Made by a program: the position numbers and the translations under genes. Positions 1-9,201 of a DNA stretch of 32,000 nt are shown here, piece after piece. The notes below the pieces were generated by a model. The model was not told the DNA's origin. It saw nothing but the letters and a program-made list of their open reading frames with translations, and did not search any database. Every line of letters begins with the position of its first letter. Positions within the stretch are counted from its first letter, which is position 1. Source of the DNA: Nitrosopumilus maritimus SCM1 (GTDB lineage Archaea > Thermoproteota > Nitrososphaeria > Nitrososphaerales > Nitrosopumilaceae); contig NC_010085.1 in assembly GCF_000018465.1 (NCBI RefSeq), positions 60,001 through 92,000 of the forward strand, given 5' to 3'.

Positions 1-100
1 TTGGGACATCGTATATCTTCAGCCATGTTCATCTCTATCTCTGTTAATTTAAAAATAATGTCCAAAGGTTAATTAGTCGTTTTAGATTTTTTTCGAATAC

Positions 101-514
101 TTGGCAAACTTCAAGATTACCATTTCCGATACCAAAGGAAAATCAATGTCTAAAGAGCTTAAAGATAGCGATGCTAATCCTCTCTTAGGACTTGAATTAG
201 GACAAGAAACTGATGCTTCTGTTGTAGGTCTAAATGGAAAGTTAAAACTTACTGGAGGTAGTGACAAGTCTGGTGTTCCAATGAGAAATGATATTCATGG
301 TGCTGCAAGAAAATACGTTTTGCTTTCTAAAGGTGTAGGTTTACAAGATGCAGAGAAAGGACAAAGAGTAAGAAAATTAATGCGTGGAAACACTGTTTCT
401 GAAGAAATTTATCAAATTAATTGCAAATTTGATGGTGAATTACCTGTTGAAGAAGCTCCTGCAGAAGACGCACCAGAATCTGCAGAAGAAAAATCTGAAG
501 ATAAAAAAGAATAA
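101..514 (+). CDS. rps6e: 30S ribosomal protein S6e
   Basis: 137-aa ORF. The N-terminus MANFKITISD and the segment GGSDKSGVPMR...RKLMRGNTVS are typical of archaeal/eukaryotic S6e. It has an acidic C-terminal tail and an apparent TTG start at 101. It sits upstream of aIF2 gamma, as in many archaea. Confidence 0.9.
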   Translation: MANFKITISDTKGKSMSKELKDSDANPLLGLELGQETDASVVGLNGKLKLTGGSDKSGVPMRNDIHGAARKYVLLSKGVGLQDAEKGQRVRKLMRGNTVSEEIYQINCKFDGELPVEEAPAEDAPESAEEKSEDKKE

Positions 515-545
515 CTTAACATATAACGATTCTACCTTTTGACTC

Positions 546-1808
546 ATGCACTGGAGAGAGACACTTCCTGATTGGTACATTGAAAAGTATGGGTATCAAC
601 CATGTGTTAACATTGGAACTGCTGGCCATGTAGATCATGGAAAAACTACTCTGATTCAAGCATTAACTGGTTCATGGACAAGTGTTCATAGTCAAGAACT
701 AAAACGTGGAATTACAATTCGTGTTGGTTATTCTGATGCAGCATTTTACAAATGTAAAAACTGTGAAGAACCATTAGGGTATTCTACAACACCAAAATGC
801 AACAATTGTGGTGGAGAAAGTGAACTATCTAGAGTTGTTAGTTTTGTAGATAGCCCAGGACACGAGAGTTTAATGGCAAATATGCTATCTGGTTCTGCAT
901 TAATGGATGGAGCATTATTACTAGTTGCAGCAAACGAAAAGGTTCCAAGACCCCAGACAAAAGAACATCTTTTAGCACTCCAAACACTTGGAATTCAACA
1001 GATTGTAGTAGTTCAAAATAAAGTTGATTTACTATCTTACAAAGAAGCACTAGCAAATTATCAAGATATTACAAAATTTGTTAAAGGAAGTCATGCTGCA
1101 AAAGCACCAATTATACCAATTTCTGCCCAATCTGGCCTAAATGTAGATGCATTAATTGGTTCAATAGAATCTAATATCAAAACCCCTGACAGAGATGAAA
1201 AACAAGATACAGTTATGCATGTTTTACGTTCTTTTGATGTAAACAAACCTGGAACTAAATTAAAAAACATCAAGGGAGGTGTTATTGGTGGTAGCTTGAC
1301 TCAAGGTATATTCAACGTAGGTGATGAAATTGAGATAAAACCAGGAATACTAAATGAAAAGAAAAAAAATTATGAACCTCTTGTAACAGAGATTACTTCT
1401 TTAGGAACTGCTGCTGGAATTGTTGAATCTGTAAAACCTGGTGGCTTAGTTGCAATTGGAACTAAACTAGATCCATCAATGACTCGAAGTGACTCATTCA
1501 TTGGTTCAGTTATTGGAAAACCAGGTACACTACCAGAAAATTCTACAAAACTAAAACTAGATGTAACATTATTTGATTCAGCAGTAGGAACTACTGAGGA
1601 TATTAAAGTCCAACCAATACAAACAGGTGAACTACTTAGAGTGAATATTGGAACTGCTCCATTATTGGGTAAAGTAACTAAAGTAAAATCCAAAAATACA
1701 GAAATTGAATTACGAAGACCTGCCTGTATTTTTGAAGGTGGAAATGTAGCACTAAGTAGAAGAATTGATGAACGATGGAGACTAATTGGTGCAGGAATAG
1801 TTGGTTGA
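546..1808 (+). CDS. eif2g: translation initiation factor aIF2 gamma subunit
   Basis: 420 aa. GTPase motifs GHVDHGKTT, DSPGH and NKVD are present, with a four-Cys knuckle (CKNC...CNNC) inserted in the G domain. EF-Tu-like domains II and III follow. Confidence 0.95.
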   Translation: MHWRETLPDWYIEKYGYQPCVNIGTAGHVDHGKTTLIQALTGSWTSVHSQELKRGITIRVGYSDAAFYKCKNCEEPLGYSTTPKCNNCGGESELSRVVSFVDSPGHESLMANMLSGSALMDGALLLVAANEKVPRPQTKEHLLALQTLGIQQIVVVQNKVDLLSYKEALANYQDITKFVKGSHAAKAPIIPISAQSGLNVDALIGSIESNIKTPDRDEKQDTVMHVLRSFDVNKPGTKLKNIKGGVIGGSLTQGIFNVGDEIEIKPGILNEKKKNYEPLVTEITSLGTAAGIVESVKPGGLVAIGTKLDPSMTRSDSFIGSVIGKPGTLPENSTKLKLDVTLFDSAVGTTEDIKVQPIQTGELLRVNIGTAPLLGKVTKVKSKNTEIELRRPACIFEGGNVALSRRIDERWRLIGAGIVG

Positions 1809-2169
1809 AGTAATCTGCGATACCAGTTTTTTGATAAATCTTGCTACTAGAAGAATAAAAAATATTGATAATCTTGATGTCGAGATAGGTACAATTTCTT
1901 TTGTCGTTCCTGAGGTTGTAAAAACAGAATTATCAAAATTACTTAAAATTCCTGAAAAAAAATATGATATTGAAAAAACATTAAATTTTATCAAAAATTT
2001 TAAAACAATTCCACTATCTGGTTCTTTTGCAGACAAAGAATTACTAGAATTTATAAAATCTAATAATTCTATTATAGGCACAATGGATAAAGAATTAAAA
2101 AAACAAATAAAATCTGTAGGTAGTTCTGTATTGTCTTTTTCTAATGATAAGATAATTTTAGAATCTTAG
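1801..2169 (+). CDS. PIN-domain protein, Fcf1/COG1412-like putative endoribonuclease
   Basis: 122 aa. The N-terminal VICDTSFLIN has the conserved PIN acidic residue. The only plausible start is TTG at 1801, which overlaps the aIF2 gamma stop by 8 nt. From memory, a PIN gene directly downstream of aIF2 gamma is a conserved archaeal arrangement. Confidence 0.7.
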   Translation: MVEVICDTSFLINLATRRIKNIDNLDVEIGTISFVVPEVVKTELSKLLKIPEKKYDIEKTLNFIKNFKTIPLSGSFADKELLEFIKSNNSIIGTMDKELKKQIKSVGSSVLSFSNDKIILES

Positions 2170-2204
2170 AAAAATTTAACTTTAGGCTTTATCTCATCAT
2201 AATT

Positions 2205-2654
2205 ATGGAATTAGAAAGCTCATCTTTTGAAAATGGTGGAACCATTCCAAAAAAATTTGGTTACAAAAATGGGAATGTTAGTCCTTCTCTAATTATTAAT
2301 GATGTTCCAGATTCTGCAAAATCTCTAGCTTTGGTCATGGATGATCCTGATGCAATGGGTGCTGTTGGAAAAGTTTGGGTTCACTGGGTTTTATGGAATA
2401 TTCCTACAGAAGTTACAAAGATGGATGAAAATTCTATACCTGAAAACTCAATTGAAGGAGAAACTGACTTTGGAGAAATTGGTTATGGTGGACCAGCACC
2501 TCCTGATAAAGAACATACATACATTTTCAAACTATATGCACTTGATACTGCTCTTGATCTAGGTAAAGGTTCAACTAAAAAAGATCTTGAAAATTCTATA
2601 CAAGATCATATTATTGCTAAAGCAAAATTAACTGGAAAATATGCTCCACAATAA
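2205..2654 (+). CDS. PEBP / YbhB-YbcL family (Raf-kinase-inhibitor-like) protein
   Basis: 149 aa with the PEBP signatures DDPDA...HWVLWNIP and GYGGPAPPDKEHTYIFKLYALD. Confidence 0.8.
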   Translation: MELESSSFENGGTIPKKFGYKNGNVSPSLIINDVPDSAKSLALVMDDPDAMGAVGKVWVHWVLWNIPTEVTKMDENSIPENSIEGETDFGEIGYGGPAPPDKEHTYIFKLYALDTALDLGKGSTKKDLENSIQDHIIAKAKLTGKYAPQ

Positions 2655-2722
2655 ACCGGAAATTTTGAAAAATTAAAATTTATTCATAAAGAGTAATAAG
2701 CCTAGATTTGTGTTGAAAATTA

Positions 2723-4861
2723 TTGAATTCTGATTCTACTCTAATTTCTGTTGGACAATTTGATTTAAAATTAAATCATCTCTTAGTGATTGGTATTCTT
2801 TCATTATCTTTTTCAATCTCTTTTTTAGTCCGTGCCCAACCTGCAGAATGGGGTTGGGAATTACATGAATTTGATCCTTTTTTCAATTATCGTGCTACTG
2901 AATATTTAGTCAACAATGGAGTTGATGCATATTTTGAATGGAATGATGAATTAAGTTGGTATCCTTGGGGTAGAGACGTATCTGAAAGCTCACAAGTTGC
3001 ATTACATCTTACTGCTGCAGTAACTTATTGGATGTTTGGTGGTGGAGGAAATCTCTATGATTTTACCATACTTTTCCCAGCAATTTTTGGTTCTTTGACA
3101 ACTATTGTTATATTCGCACTAGTACGTGTAATTGGCGGAACTACTGCAGGATTATTGTCTGCATTATTATTTTCAGTATCTATTCCAATGTTAACAAGAG
3201 GTGCTATTGGTTGGTTTAAATCTGAACCACTTGGTTTGTTCTTTGCAATTTTATCAATGTACCTTCTTTTAAGCGGTATTAATTCAAAAAATCAAAAAAT
3301 TGTTATACCTAAACTTGTTTTTAGTGGATTTTTTATTATAATGAGTTTGTCTGCCTGGGGTGGAAACCAATTTTTCATAATCCCACTAGCTATCTTTTTC
3401 TTAACTCTACCTTTCTTACGAAAAGATCATAAATTTCTGATTTGGGCAATTCCAATTTTTAGTTTATCTACAATTATAACATCTTTGGGTTTTGAAAGAA
3501 TTACATCAAATTTTCTAATAGGTTTAGGTGGGTTTGCATTATTTGTTCCAACAATTTTTCTTGTATTGTGTATAATTATTCAAAATAAAAGTAATGATAA
3601 ACACAAAATGCGTAATGGTTTGATCTTCCTTGCATCTTTTCTTATTATCATTTCAGCATTTCTTCTAATAAATACCTCAGAAGAATTCATACCCTTGCCG
3701 TCTCATAGATATCTTAATGCAATAAATCCATTTTTAACTACTGATAATGCACTAACTGATTCAGTATCCGAACATGCTACACCTACAATACATCATTCTT
3801 TCTTATTCCATTCTGTCATCATGGTTTTTGCTGGTATTGGAATATGGTTGATGTTAAGTAACTCTAAAAACCATTTTGTTATCCGAAATGACATGAAATC
3901 ATTTTCGTTACTTGTAGGAATAACTGGAGTTTATGCTGCTTCAACATTTTTGAGATTAGAAGTATTTGCATCTGTATCTGTTATTATCCTTGCATCCTTG
4001 GGAATATCATTTTTATCTAAATCATTATTTTCGAACAAAATGAAGTTTTCTAATCTAAAAAATCTAGTATTAACACTGTCGTTTGGAATTGGTTTAATAA
4101 CATTATTGGTAATTCCTATAACTTTTGTTGCTCCTCTAAATGTATTTCAAGTAGGTGACAATCCATTTACTATACTTAATGGTGGTACTACTTTTGGGTT
4201 AGCCAATAATGATTGGAATGATTCTTTAGAATGGATAAAAAATAATACTCCTGAGAATTCTGTTGTTGCTGCATGGTGGGATTATGGATATTGGATTCAA
4301 ACTAAGGCAGAAAGAACAACACTAGCTGATAACTCTACTTTGATTGATCATGTAATTGAAAAAATTGCCAAAGTTTTCTTAAGCACTCCTGAACAGGGCT
4401 GGAAAACTTTGCAAGAAATGGAAGCAGATTATATTGTTATTTTTATAGCTGGGCAAAGACTAAACTTGGATGGAAATGAAAACCAACCAGTCTATATTTT
4501 AAGCGGTGGTGGAGATGAATCTAAAAAACAATGGTTCATGAGTATAGCTGGAGAGCCACTTGAAAAATATCTGCAATCAGATGGAATAAGTGGAACTGAT
4601 CATTTCTGGAATAATACTACATTAGGAAAGATGATTCCATTTGAATTACTTGGTTATGTTAATTTTGAAACAAACCAACAATCTTTATCATATCAACCTG
4701 GTTTTACTGCAATTTATGAAAAGAACATTAAATTTTCTATGGATGATAATGGTCCATTAAAACTAGTTTATTCATCTCCAAGCTATGATACCCCTAGAGG
4801 CGGGGCTCTGACTGGAATTTTTGTTTATGAAATCAATAAGGATTACATACCAACAAACTAA
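2723..4861 (+). CDS. aglB: archaeal oligosaccharyltransferase AglB (STT3 family)
   Basis: 712 aa. The N-terminal half is polytopic and hydrophobic. An acidic first-loop motif (EFDPFFNYR) and the diagnostic WWDYGYW motif sit at the start of the soluble C-terminal domain. Apparent TTG start. Confidence 0.9.
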   Translation: MNSDSTLISVGQFDLKLNHLLVIGILSLSFSISFLVRAQPAEWGWELHEFDPFFNYRATEYLVNNGVDAYFEWNDELSWYPWGRDVSESSQVALHLTAAVTYWMFGGGGNLYDFTILFPAIFGSLTTIVIFALVRVIGGTTAGLLSALLFSVSIPMLTRGAIGWFKSEPLGLFFAILSMYLLLSGINSKNQKIVIPKLVFSGFFIIMSLSAWGGNQFFIIPLAIFFLTLPFLRKDHKFLIWAIPIFSLSTIITSLGFERITSNFLIGLGGFALFVPTIFLVLCIIIQNKSNDKHKMRNGLIFLASFLIIISAFLLINTSEEFIPLPSHRYLNAINPFLTTDNALTDSVSEHATPTIHHSFLFHSVIMVFAGIGIWLMLSNSKNHFVIRNDMKSFSLLVGITGVYAASTFLRLEVFASVSVIILASLGISFLSKSLFSNKMKFSNLKNLVLTLSFGIGLITLLVIPITFVAPLNVFQVGDNPFTILNGGTTFGLANNDWNDSLEWIKNNTPENSVVAAWWDYGYWIQTKAERTTLADNSTLIDHVIEKIAKVFLSTPEQGWKTLQEMEADYIVIFIAGQRLNLDGNENQPVYILSGGGDESKKQWFMSIAGEPLEKYLQSDGISGTDHFWNNTTLGKMIPFELLGYVNFETNQQSLSYQPGFTAIYEKNIKFSMDDNGPLKLVYSSPSYDTPRGGALTGIFVYEINKDYIPTN

Positions 4862-4863
4862 TT

Positions 4864-5019
4864 TCAATTATATCTTTCAGCTAATCTATATCTCATGTAT
4901 TTGTCATCAGGTGAGAATTTTGCTGGATGTGCAGAAATTGTTTGTTCTTTACATTTAGGACATATTTCTTTAAGTGTATATTGAAAGCATTTACTACATT
5001 TTCTTAATTGAAATCTCAT
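4864..5019 (-). CDS. nop10: H/ACA RNP protein Nop10
   Basis: Not in the ORF track because it is under 60 aa. My minus-strand translation gives MRFQLRKCSKCFQYTLKEICPKCKEQTISAHPAKFSPDDKYMRYRLAERYN (51 aa). It has the CxxC...CxxC zinc ribbon and the HPxKFSPDD motif, and closely resembles archaeal Nop10 as I recall it. Its ATG lies 1 nt after the aIF2 alpha stop codon. Confidence 0.85.
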   Translation of the reverse strand: MRFQLRKCSKCFQYTLKEICPKCKEQTISAHPAKFSPDDKYMRYRLAERYN

Positions 5020-5020
5020 T

Positions 5021-5818
5021 TTAGTTCTCTCGAGTTTTCTTTGATTCTTCTCTAGTAAACTTGAATGTTCCTCTCTTCTTTTCTATTTTTGATTGAATAT
5101 CTGCAATTATTGGTTTTAATGATTTTTCCGCAGATTTAAAATCTTCTGAAGTTATTGATAATCTATATTTTGGAGCACCCAAGTATGTGATGTCTATTGT
5201 TGAATCTTTCTTTAATTCATCCAACAGAGTTTTCCTAATAATTTCAATTCCATCTGATTTTGAATTAGTAATTTCCATGATTCCTCTAATTTCTACTGAT
5301 GGAAGTTTAATCTTGGAACATATTTCTTCAATAACGCCTGTTGTTTTCTTTGGAATTTTTAATTCCTTTATAGAATCAATTCCATTTCTTCCAATCTCAA
5401 TAAATGCATCATATACTGAGTCGTATTTTGAATAAATGCTATCTTCTAATTTTTCAATATCTTCATCCGATAGTTTTGCTTTTTCTTGAACATTTTGTAA
5501 CAGAGTTTTTCCTTTTTCAAATTTTTTAACTTCTTTTAGTTTTTGTTTTTTCTGATCTTTAGAAACTTGTTTTAATGATAAATCAATATCTCCACGTTGT
5601 GGATTTACTTTTTTAACAAGAAGGACTTTTTTCTCTCCATCTTTTACAAATCTATTAACCGATCTTATCCATCCAGGAGCAATTTCTGAAATATGCAAAA
5701 ATCCCTGTAAATTGTCATATTCATCTAGTGTTACATAGGCACCATGATCCATAACTTTTGTTACTGTGGCAAGAACTATTTCTCCTTGCTCTGGCATTTC
5801 TTGGATTTCTGTAGACAT
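5021..5818 (-). CDS. eif2a: translation initiation factor aIF2 alpha subunit
   Basis: 265 aa. An N-terminal S1/OB domain (GEIVLATVTKVMDHGAYVTLDEY...GFLHISEIA) is followed by helical and alpha-beta domains. It is tightly coupled to nop10. Confidence 0.9.
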   Translation of the reverse strand: MSTEIQEMPEQGEIVLATVTKVMDHGAYVTLDEYDNLQGFLHISEIAPGWIRSVNRFVKDGEKKVLLVKKVNPQRGDIDLSLKQVSKDQKKQKLKEVKKFEKGKTLLQNVQEKAKLSDEDIEKLEDSIYSKYDSVYDAFIEIGRNGIDSIKELKIPKKTTGVIEEICSKIKLPSVEIRGIMEITNSKSDGIEIIRKTLLDELKKDSTIDITYLGAPKYRLSITSEDFKSAEKSLKPIIADIQSKIEKKRGTFKFTREESKKTREN

Positions 5819-5858
5819 TTCTTCTAAAACTCCTAAATGTGTAAATTAATGTTGCTGG

Positions 5859-6389
5859 CTAGAAATCAATTCCCTTTTTGGCTTTGATTCCCTTCTGAAA
5901 TGGATGTTTGATCTCTTTCATTTCTGTGACTAGATCCGCAATTTCTATAACTTCTTCTTTTGCATAATTTCCAGTTAGAACTAAATCTATGTTATCTGGC
6001 TTTGATTTTATCAAATTTAACACGTTATCTACTGAAATCAAGTTCAAATTTACTGCATAATTGATTTCATCTAAAATTACAATATCGTATTTTCCCGATT
6101 GAATTTTTTCATTACTAATTCTTATTGCTTCTTTTGCTACTTTTTCATGATCTTCTTTTGGACTTTTATCATCAACTATGCCTACAAAACCTTTTCCAAT
6201 TGCAACCATTTCAAATCCTGGTTCAAGTTTTTTTGTTGAATCCATTTCTCCGTAATGCCATGAACCTTTGATAAACTGGATCATGCAGATCTTTTTATTA
6301 TAACCTGTAGCTCTTAATGCAAGTCCTAGAGCAGCAGTTGTTTTTCCTTTGCCTTTCCCTGTGTATACAATTGTTAAACCATCACTCAT
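5859..6389 (-). CDS. cobO: cob(I)yrinic acid a,c-diamide adenosyltransferase (CobA/CobO/BtuR type)
   Basis: 176 aa with the P-loop YTGKGKGKTTAALGLALRA and the ILDEINYA segment typical of CobA-type corrinoid adenosyltransferases. Confidence 0.85.
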   Translation of the reverse strand: MSDGLTIVYTGKGKGKTTAALGLALRATGYNKKICMIQFIKGSWHYGEMDSTKKLEPGFEMVAIGKGFVGIVDDKSPKEDHEKVAKEAIRISNEKIQSGKYDIVILDEINYAVNLNLISVDNVLNLIKSKPDNIDLVLTGNYAKEEVIEIADLVTEMKEIKHPFQKGIKAKKGIDF

Positions 6390-6444
6390 GATATTTTCTC
6401 CTCTTATCTAACTAAAAACATTGAGATTTTAACAAATACATCAA

Positions 6445-6452
6445 TTTAAATA
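6445..6452 (+). promoter_or_regulatory. TATA-like box (TTTAAATA) upstream of cbiA
   Basis: An AT-box is centred about 28 nt upstream of the cbiA start codon at 6477. This spacing fits an archaeal TATA box driving a leaderless or near-leaderless mRNA. It is a pattern call in AT-rich DNA only. Confidence 0.3.
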
Positions 6453-6476
6453 AAAAAATAATATTATTGATGCAAA

Positions 6477-7829
6477 TTGAAAATTCCAAGAATTGTTTTG
6501 GCAGGTGCTACTAGTGGAGTTGGAAAAACCTCCATCACATGTTCAATAATTTATGCACTTCAAAAACAAGGGTATACTGTTCAACCATTCAAGGTGGGAC
6601 CTGATTATATAGATCCAAGTTATCTTTCAAATATTTCAAAAAATAATGCATTCAACTTAGATGTTTGGTTGATGGGAAAAAACCATTTGTTATCAAGCTT
6701 TATTTCAAATTCAAAATCTGATGTATCTGTAATTGAAGGAGTAATGGGGTATTATGATGGATTTGGTGGTGATTCAAATTATGCTAGTACGCATCATGTA
6801 GCTTCTATTACCAAATCTCCTGTAATTTTGATTCTTGATGCAAGTAAAACTGCTCGCTCCATTGCAGCAACAGCCTTGGGATTTCAAAAATTTCATAAAA
6901 ATTCTAGAATTACAGGCATAATTCTTAATAAAATAGGTAGTAAAAAACATGAAAATCTGTGCAGACAAGCTTTACAAAAAACAAAACTTCCTATTGTAGG
7001 TGTAATTCCAAAAAATCCTAATCTTAACCTTGAATCAAGACATCTTGGACTATTTTCTACTTTAGATAACAAAACATTGTATAACAAAATTCAAAAAATC
7101 TCAAAAACTATTTCAAAAAATTTAGATATTGAACAAATTATTAAAATTTTAAAAAATACTTCTCATCTTCAAAAAATCTCAAAACCTTCTCATAAAAAAC
7201 CAAAAACAACAATTGCAATAGCATTAGATACATCCTTTAATTTCTATTATCAAGATAATTTAGAATCTCTTAGAAGAGAAGGAGCATTATTGAAATTTTT
7301 TAGTCCTGTTAATGATACAAAAATTCCAAAATGTGACGGACTATACATTGGAGGTGGATTTCCAGAAGTTTTAGGATCTAAATTAGCAAAAAATCAAACT
7401 ATGAAAAAACTAATCAAAAACCTTGCTGAAGACAATCTTCCAATATATGCTGAATGTGGTGGATTGATGTATCTTACAAAATCTATTTCCTCAGAAAATA
7501 AAAAGTACAAAATGGTAGGTGTTTTTGATGCAGAAACCTACATGACAAAAAGAATGAAACTAAATTACACCAAAGGAAAAATTAATCCTTCAATAATTTC
7601 TGAAAGATCACACAGTATTCAAGGCCATGAATTTCATTACTCAAAACTAAATTCTGTATCTACTGATTCAAAATTTGCTTATGAATTAGAAATTGGTGAC
7701 GGAATAAAGAATCACAAAGATGGATTAATCCAATACAATTCTCTGGCATCTTATGGACACCTTTATTTTGATAGTTTTAATTATGCGGAAAATTTTGTTA
7801 AAAATTGTATAAAATATTCAAGAAGCTGA
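6477..7829 (+). CDS. cbiA: cobyrinic acid a,c-diamide synthase
   Basis: 450 aa. An N-terminal MinD/CobQ-like ATPase P-loop (GATSGVGKTS) is followed by a C-terminal glutamine amidotransferase domain with AECGGLMYL (catalytic Cys) and GHEFHYS. Confidence 0.85.
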   Translation: MKIPRIVLAGATSGVGKTSITCSIIYALQKQGYTVQPFKVGPDYIDPSYLSNISKNNAFNLDVWLMGKNHLLSSFISNSKSDVSVIEGVMGYYDGFGGDSNYASTHHVASITKSPVILILDASKTARSIAATALGFQKFHKNSRITGIILNKIGSKKHENLCRQALQKTKLPIVGVIPKNPNLNLESRHLGLFSTLDNKTLYNKIQKISKTISKNLDIEQIIKILKNTSHLQKISKPSHKKPKTTIAIALDTSFNFYYQDNLESLRREGALLKFFSPVNDTKIPKCDGLYIGGGFPEVLGSKLAKNQTMKKLIKNLAEDNLPIYAECGGLMYLTKSISSENKKYKMVGVFDAETYMTKRMKLNYTKGKINPSIISERSHSIQGHEFHYSKLNSVSTDSKFAYELEIGDGIKNHKDGLIQYNSLASYGHLYFDSFNYAENFVKNCIKYSRS

Positions 7830-8483
7830 TTCTGCTCGAATTAACTTGAAAATTGCATTTATTATTGCTGAAGCTGAGGAACTACCTCCTTTTCTACCCA
7901 AATTTGTGATAAATGGCGCCTCTTCTAATCTAGATAATTCTTCTTTTGATTCTGCAGCGCAGATAAAGCCTACTGGAATACCTATGATTAGTGCAGGCTT
8001 GACAATTCCTTCTTTTACCATCTTTATCACCTCTTGTAAGGCTGTAGGCGCATTTCCTATTGCTACAATTCCTTCATCAATATCTGATTTTGCAGCCCTC
8101 ATGGATACCTGAGAGCGTGTTTTTCCCTCTTTTTTTGCCAATTCCATAATTTCGGGTTTTGAGATATTACAAACAATATCATTTCCAAAATCTTTTGGAT
8201 TTTGTTTATTGAGGCCTCCAATTACCCCGTTGACATCTACTACGATACTGCAACCATTCTTCAAAGCTTTCATTCCGCTTTCAATTGCTTCCTTATGAAA
8301 AATTATTTTATTTTTATCTGCAAAATCAAAATCTGCTGTAGAATGAATAATTCTTCTTACAATTGGCCATTCCTTTTCATTGTATGGATGAGAACCAATT
8401 TCATCTTCAATCATTTGCATGCTTGCATCTTCAATTGATTGACCTTTTTCAGTTTGCATCTTCAACCTCCTTTGCTCTTTCAA
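7818..8483 (-). CDS. cbiC: precorrin-8X / cobalt-precorrin-8 methylmutase
   Basis: 221 aa with RRIIHSTADFDF and GNAPTAL motifs characteristic of CbiC/CobH. The start is uncertain: Met-9 at 8459 would shorten the overlap with cbiX. The 3' end overlaps the convergent cbiA by 12 nt. Confidence 0.85.
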   Translation of the reverse strand: MKEQRRLKMQTEKGQSIEDASMQMIEDEIGSHPYNEKEWPIVRRIIHSTADFDFADKNKIIFHKEAIESGMKALKNGCSIVVDVNGVIGGLNKQNPKDFGNDIVCNISKPEIMELAKKEGKTRSQVSMRAAKSDIDEGIVAIGNAPTALQEVIKMVKEGIVKPALIIGIPVGFICAAESKEELSRLEEAPFITNLGRKGGSSSASAIINAIFKLIRAESAS

Positions 8484-9201
8484 TAATTAAATCAATGATT
8501 TTTTCATCAGCCCCAATATGTTTTGTAATAAAAGTATCTTTGAGATTAGAATCTTTTAGAGCTGGAATTAAGTCATTATTGATATCAGTTTTAACATGTG
8601 CACCCTCATGTAAGAAATAAAATACAATTACCAAAACTTTTGGTTCATCTTTCTCACATTTTTTAATTCCTTCAAAAATATCTGGTTGTTCAATTTCTAA
8701 CCAACAACGACTTACATTTCTGTAAGAATTTTTTAACTCATCAACTATATAATTTAATGACATTTGTGCATTAGGATCTTTACTGCCATGACCAATTATC
8801 ATAACATCAACATCTGTATTAGGTAATGTAATATTATTTTCTTTGAGTGTAGTTGTGACTCTATTCTCAACAATATCTACCAAAGTTTTGTGCATACTCA
8901 TTGGTTTAGTTATTAGAAATTTCACTTGTGTATCTTTTTGTAATTTCATTACATCAGTAACAGCAATCTTGACCTTTTTTCCTGGATATAGAAAATACGG
9001 TACTATTGTTAGTGAATCAATATCTTCTTTGAGACATTTTGAAATACCATCCTCAATGTATGGTGGTTCAACTTCTAAAAAGCAATAATCCGTAAAAACA
9101 TAGTCTCCTTTAGCCTTAATTCCAGTACAAATAGTCTCTAATTCCTCTGATGCCTCCCTTTCTCTACTACCTCTATCAATAATCAATAATCCTCGCTTCA
9201 A
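8449..9201 (-). CDS. cbiX: sirohydrochlorin cobaltochelatase, fused two-domain CbiX
   Basis: 250 aa made of two tandem CbiX-like halves. The C-terminal half carries IIGHGSKDP and FLHEGAHV. The N-terminal half has IIDRGSRER and FLYPGKKV at the equivalent positions. The TTG start overlaps the cbiG stop in the sequence TTGA. Confidence 0.8.
   Translation of the reverse strand: MKRGLLIIDRGSREREASEELETICTGIKAKGDYVFTDYCFLEVEPPYIEDGISKCLKEDIDSLTIVPYFLYPGKKVKIAVTDVMKLQKDTQVKFLITKPMSMHKTLVDIVENRVTTTLKENNITLPNTDVDVMIIGHGSKDPNAQMSLNYIVDELKNSYRNVSRCWLEIEQPDIFEGIKKCEKDEPKVLVIVFYFLHEGAHVKTDINNDLIPALKDSNLKDTFITKHIGADEKIIDLIIERAKEVEDAN

Noticed and set aside
1-32. Possible 5' end of a minus-strand gene running off the left edge (reverse complement reads ATGAACATGGCTGAAGATATACGATGTCCCAA, MNMAEDIRCP...).
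   Set aside because: Only about 10 codons are visible, so no product or even coding status can be supported.
1801-2169. The PIN-domain gene as a VapC toxin of a toxin-antitoxin (defence/mobile) module.
   Set aside because: There is no small antitoxin ORF upstream. The gene overlaps the aIF2 gamma stop codon and sits in the conserved rps6e-aIF2 gamma-PIN arrangement, which fits an Fcf1-like housekeeping RNase rather than a TA system.
6390-6476. Cobalamin riboswitch in the cobO/cbiA spacer, or in the cbiD/SDR spacer at 11368-11457.
   Set aside because: Both spacers are short and extremely AT-rich. They lack any GC-rich B12-box-like core or stem structures, and riboswitches are generally not found in archaea.
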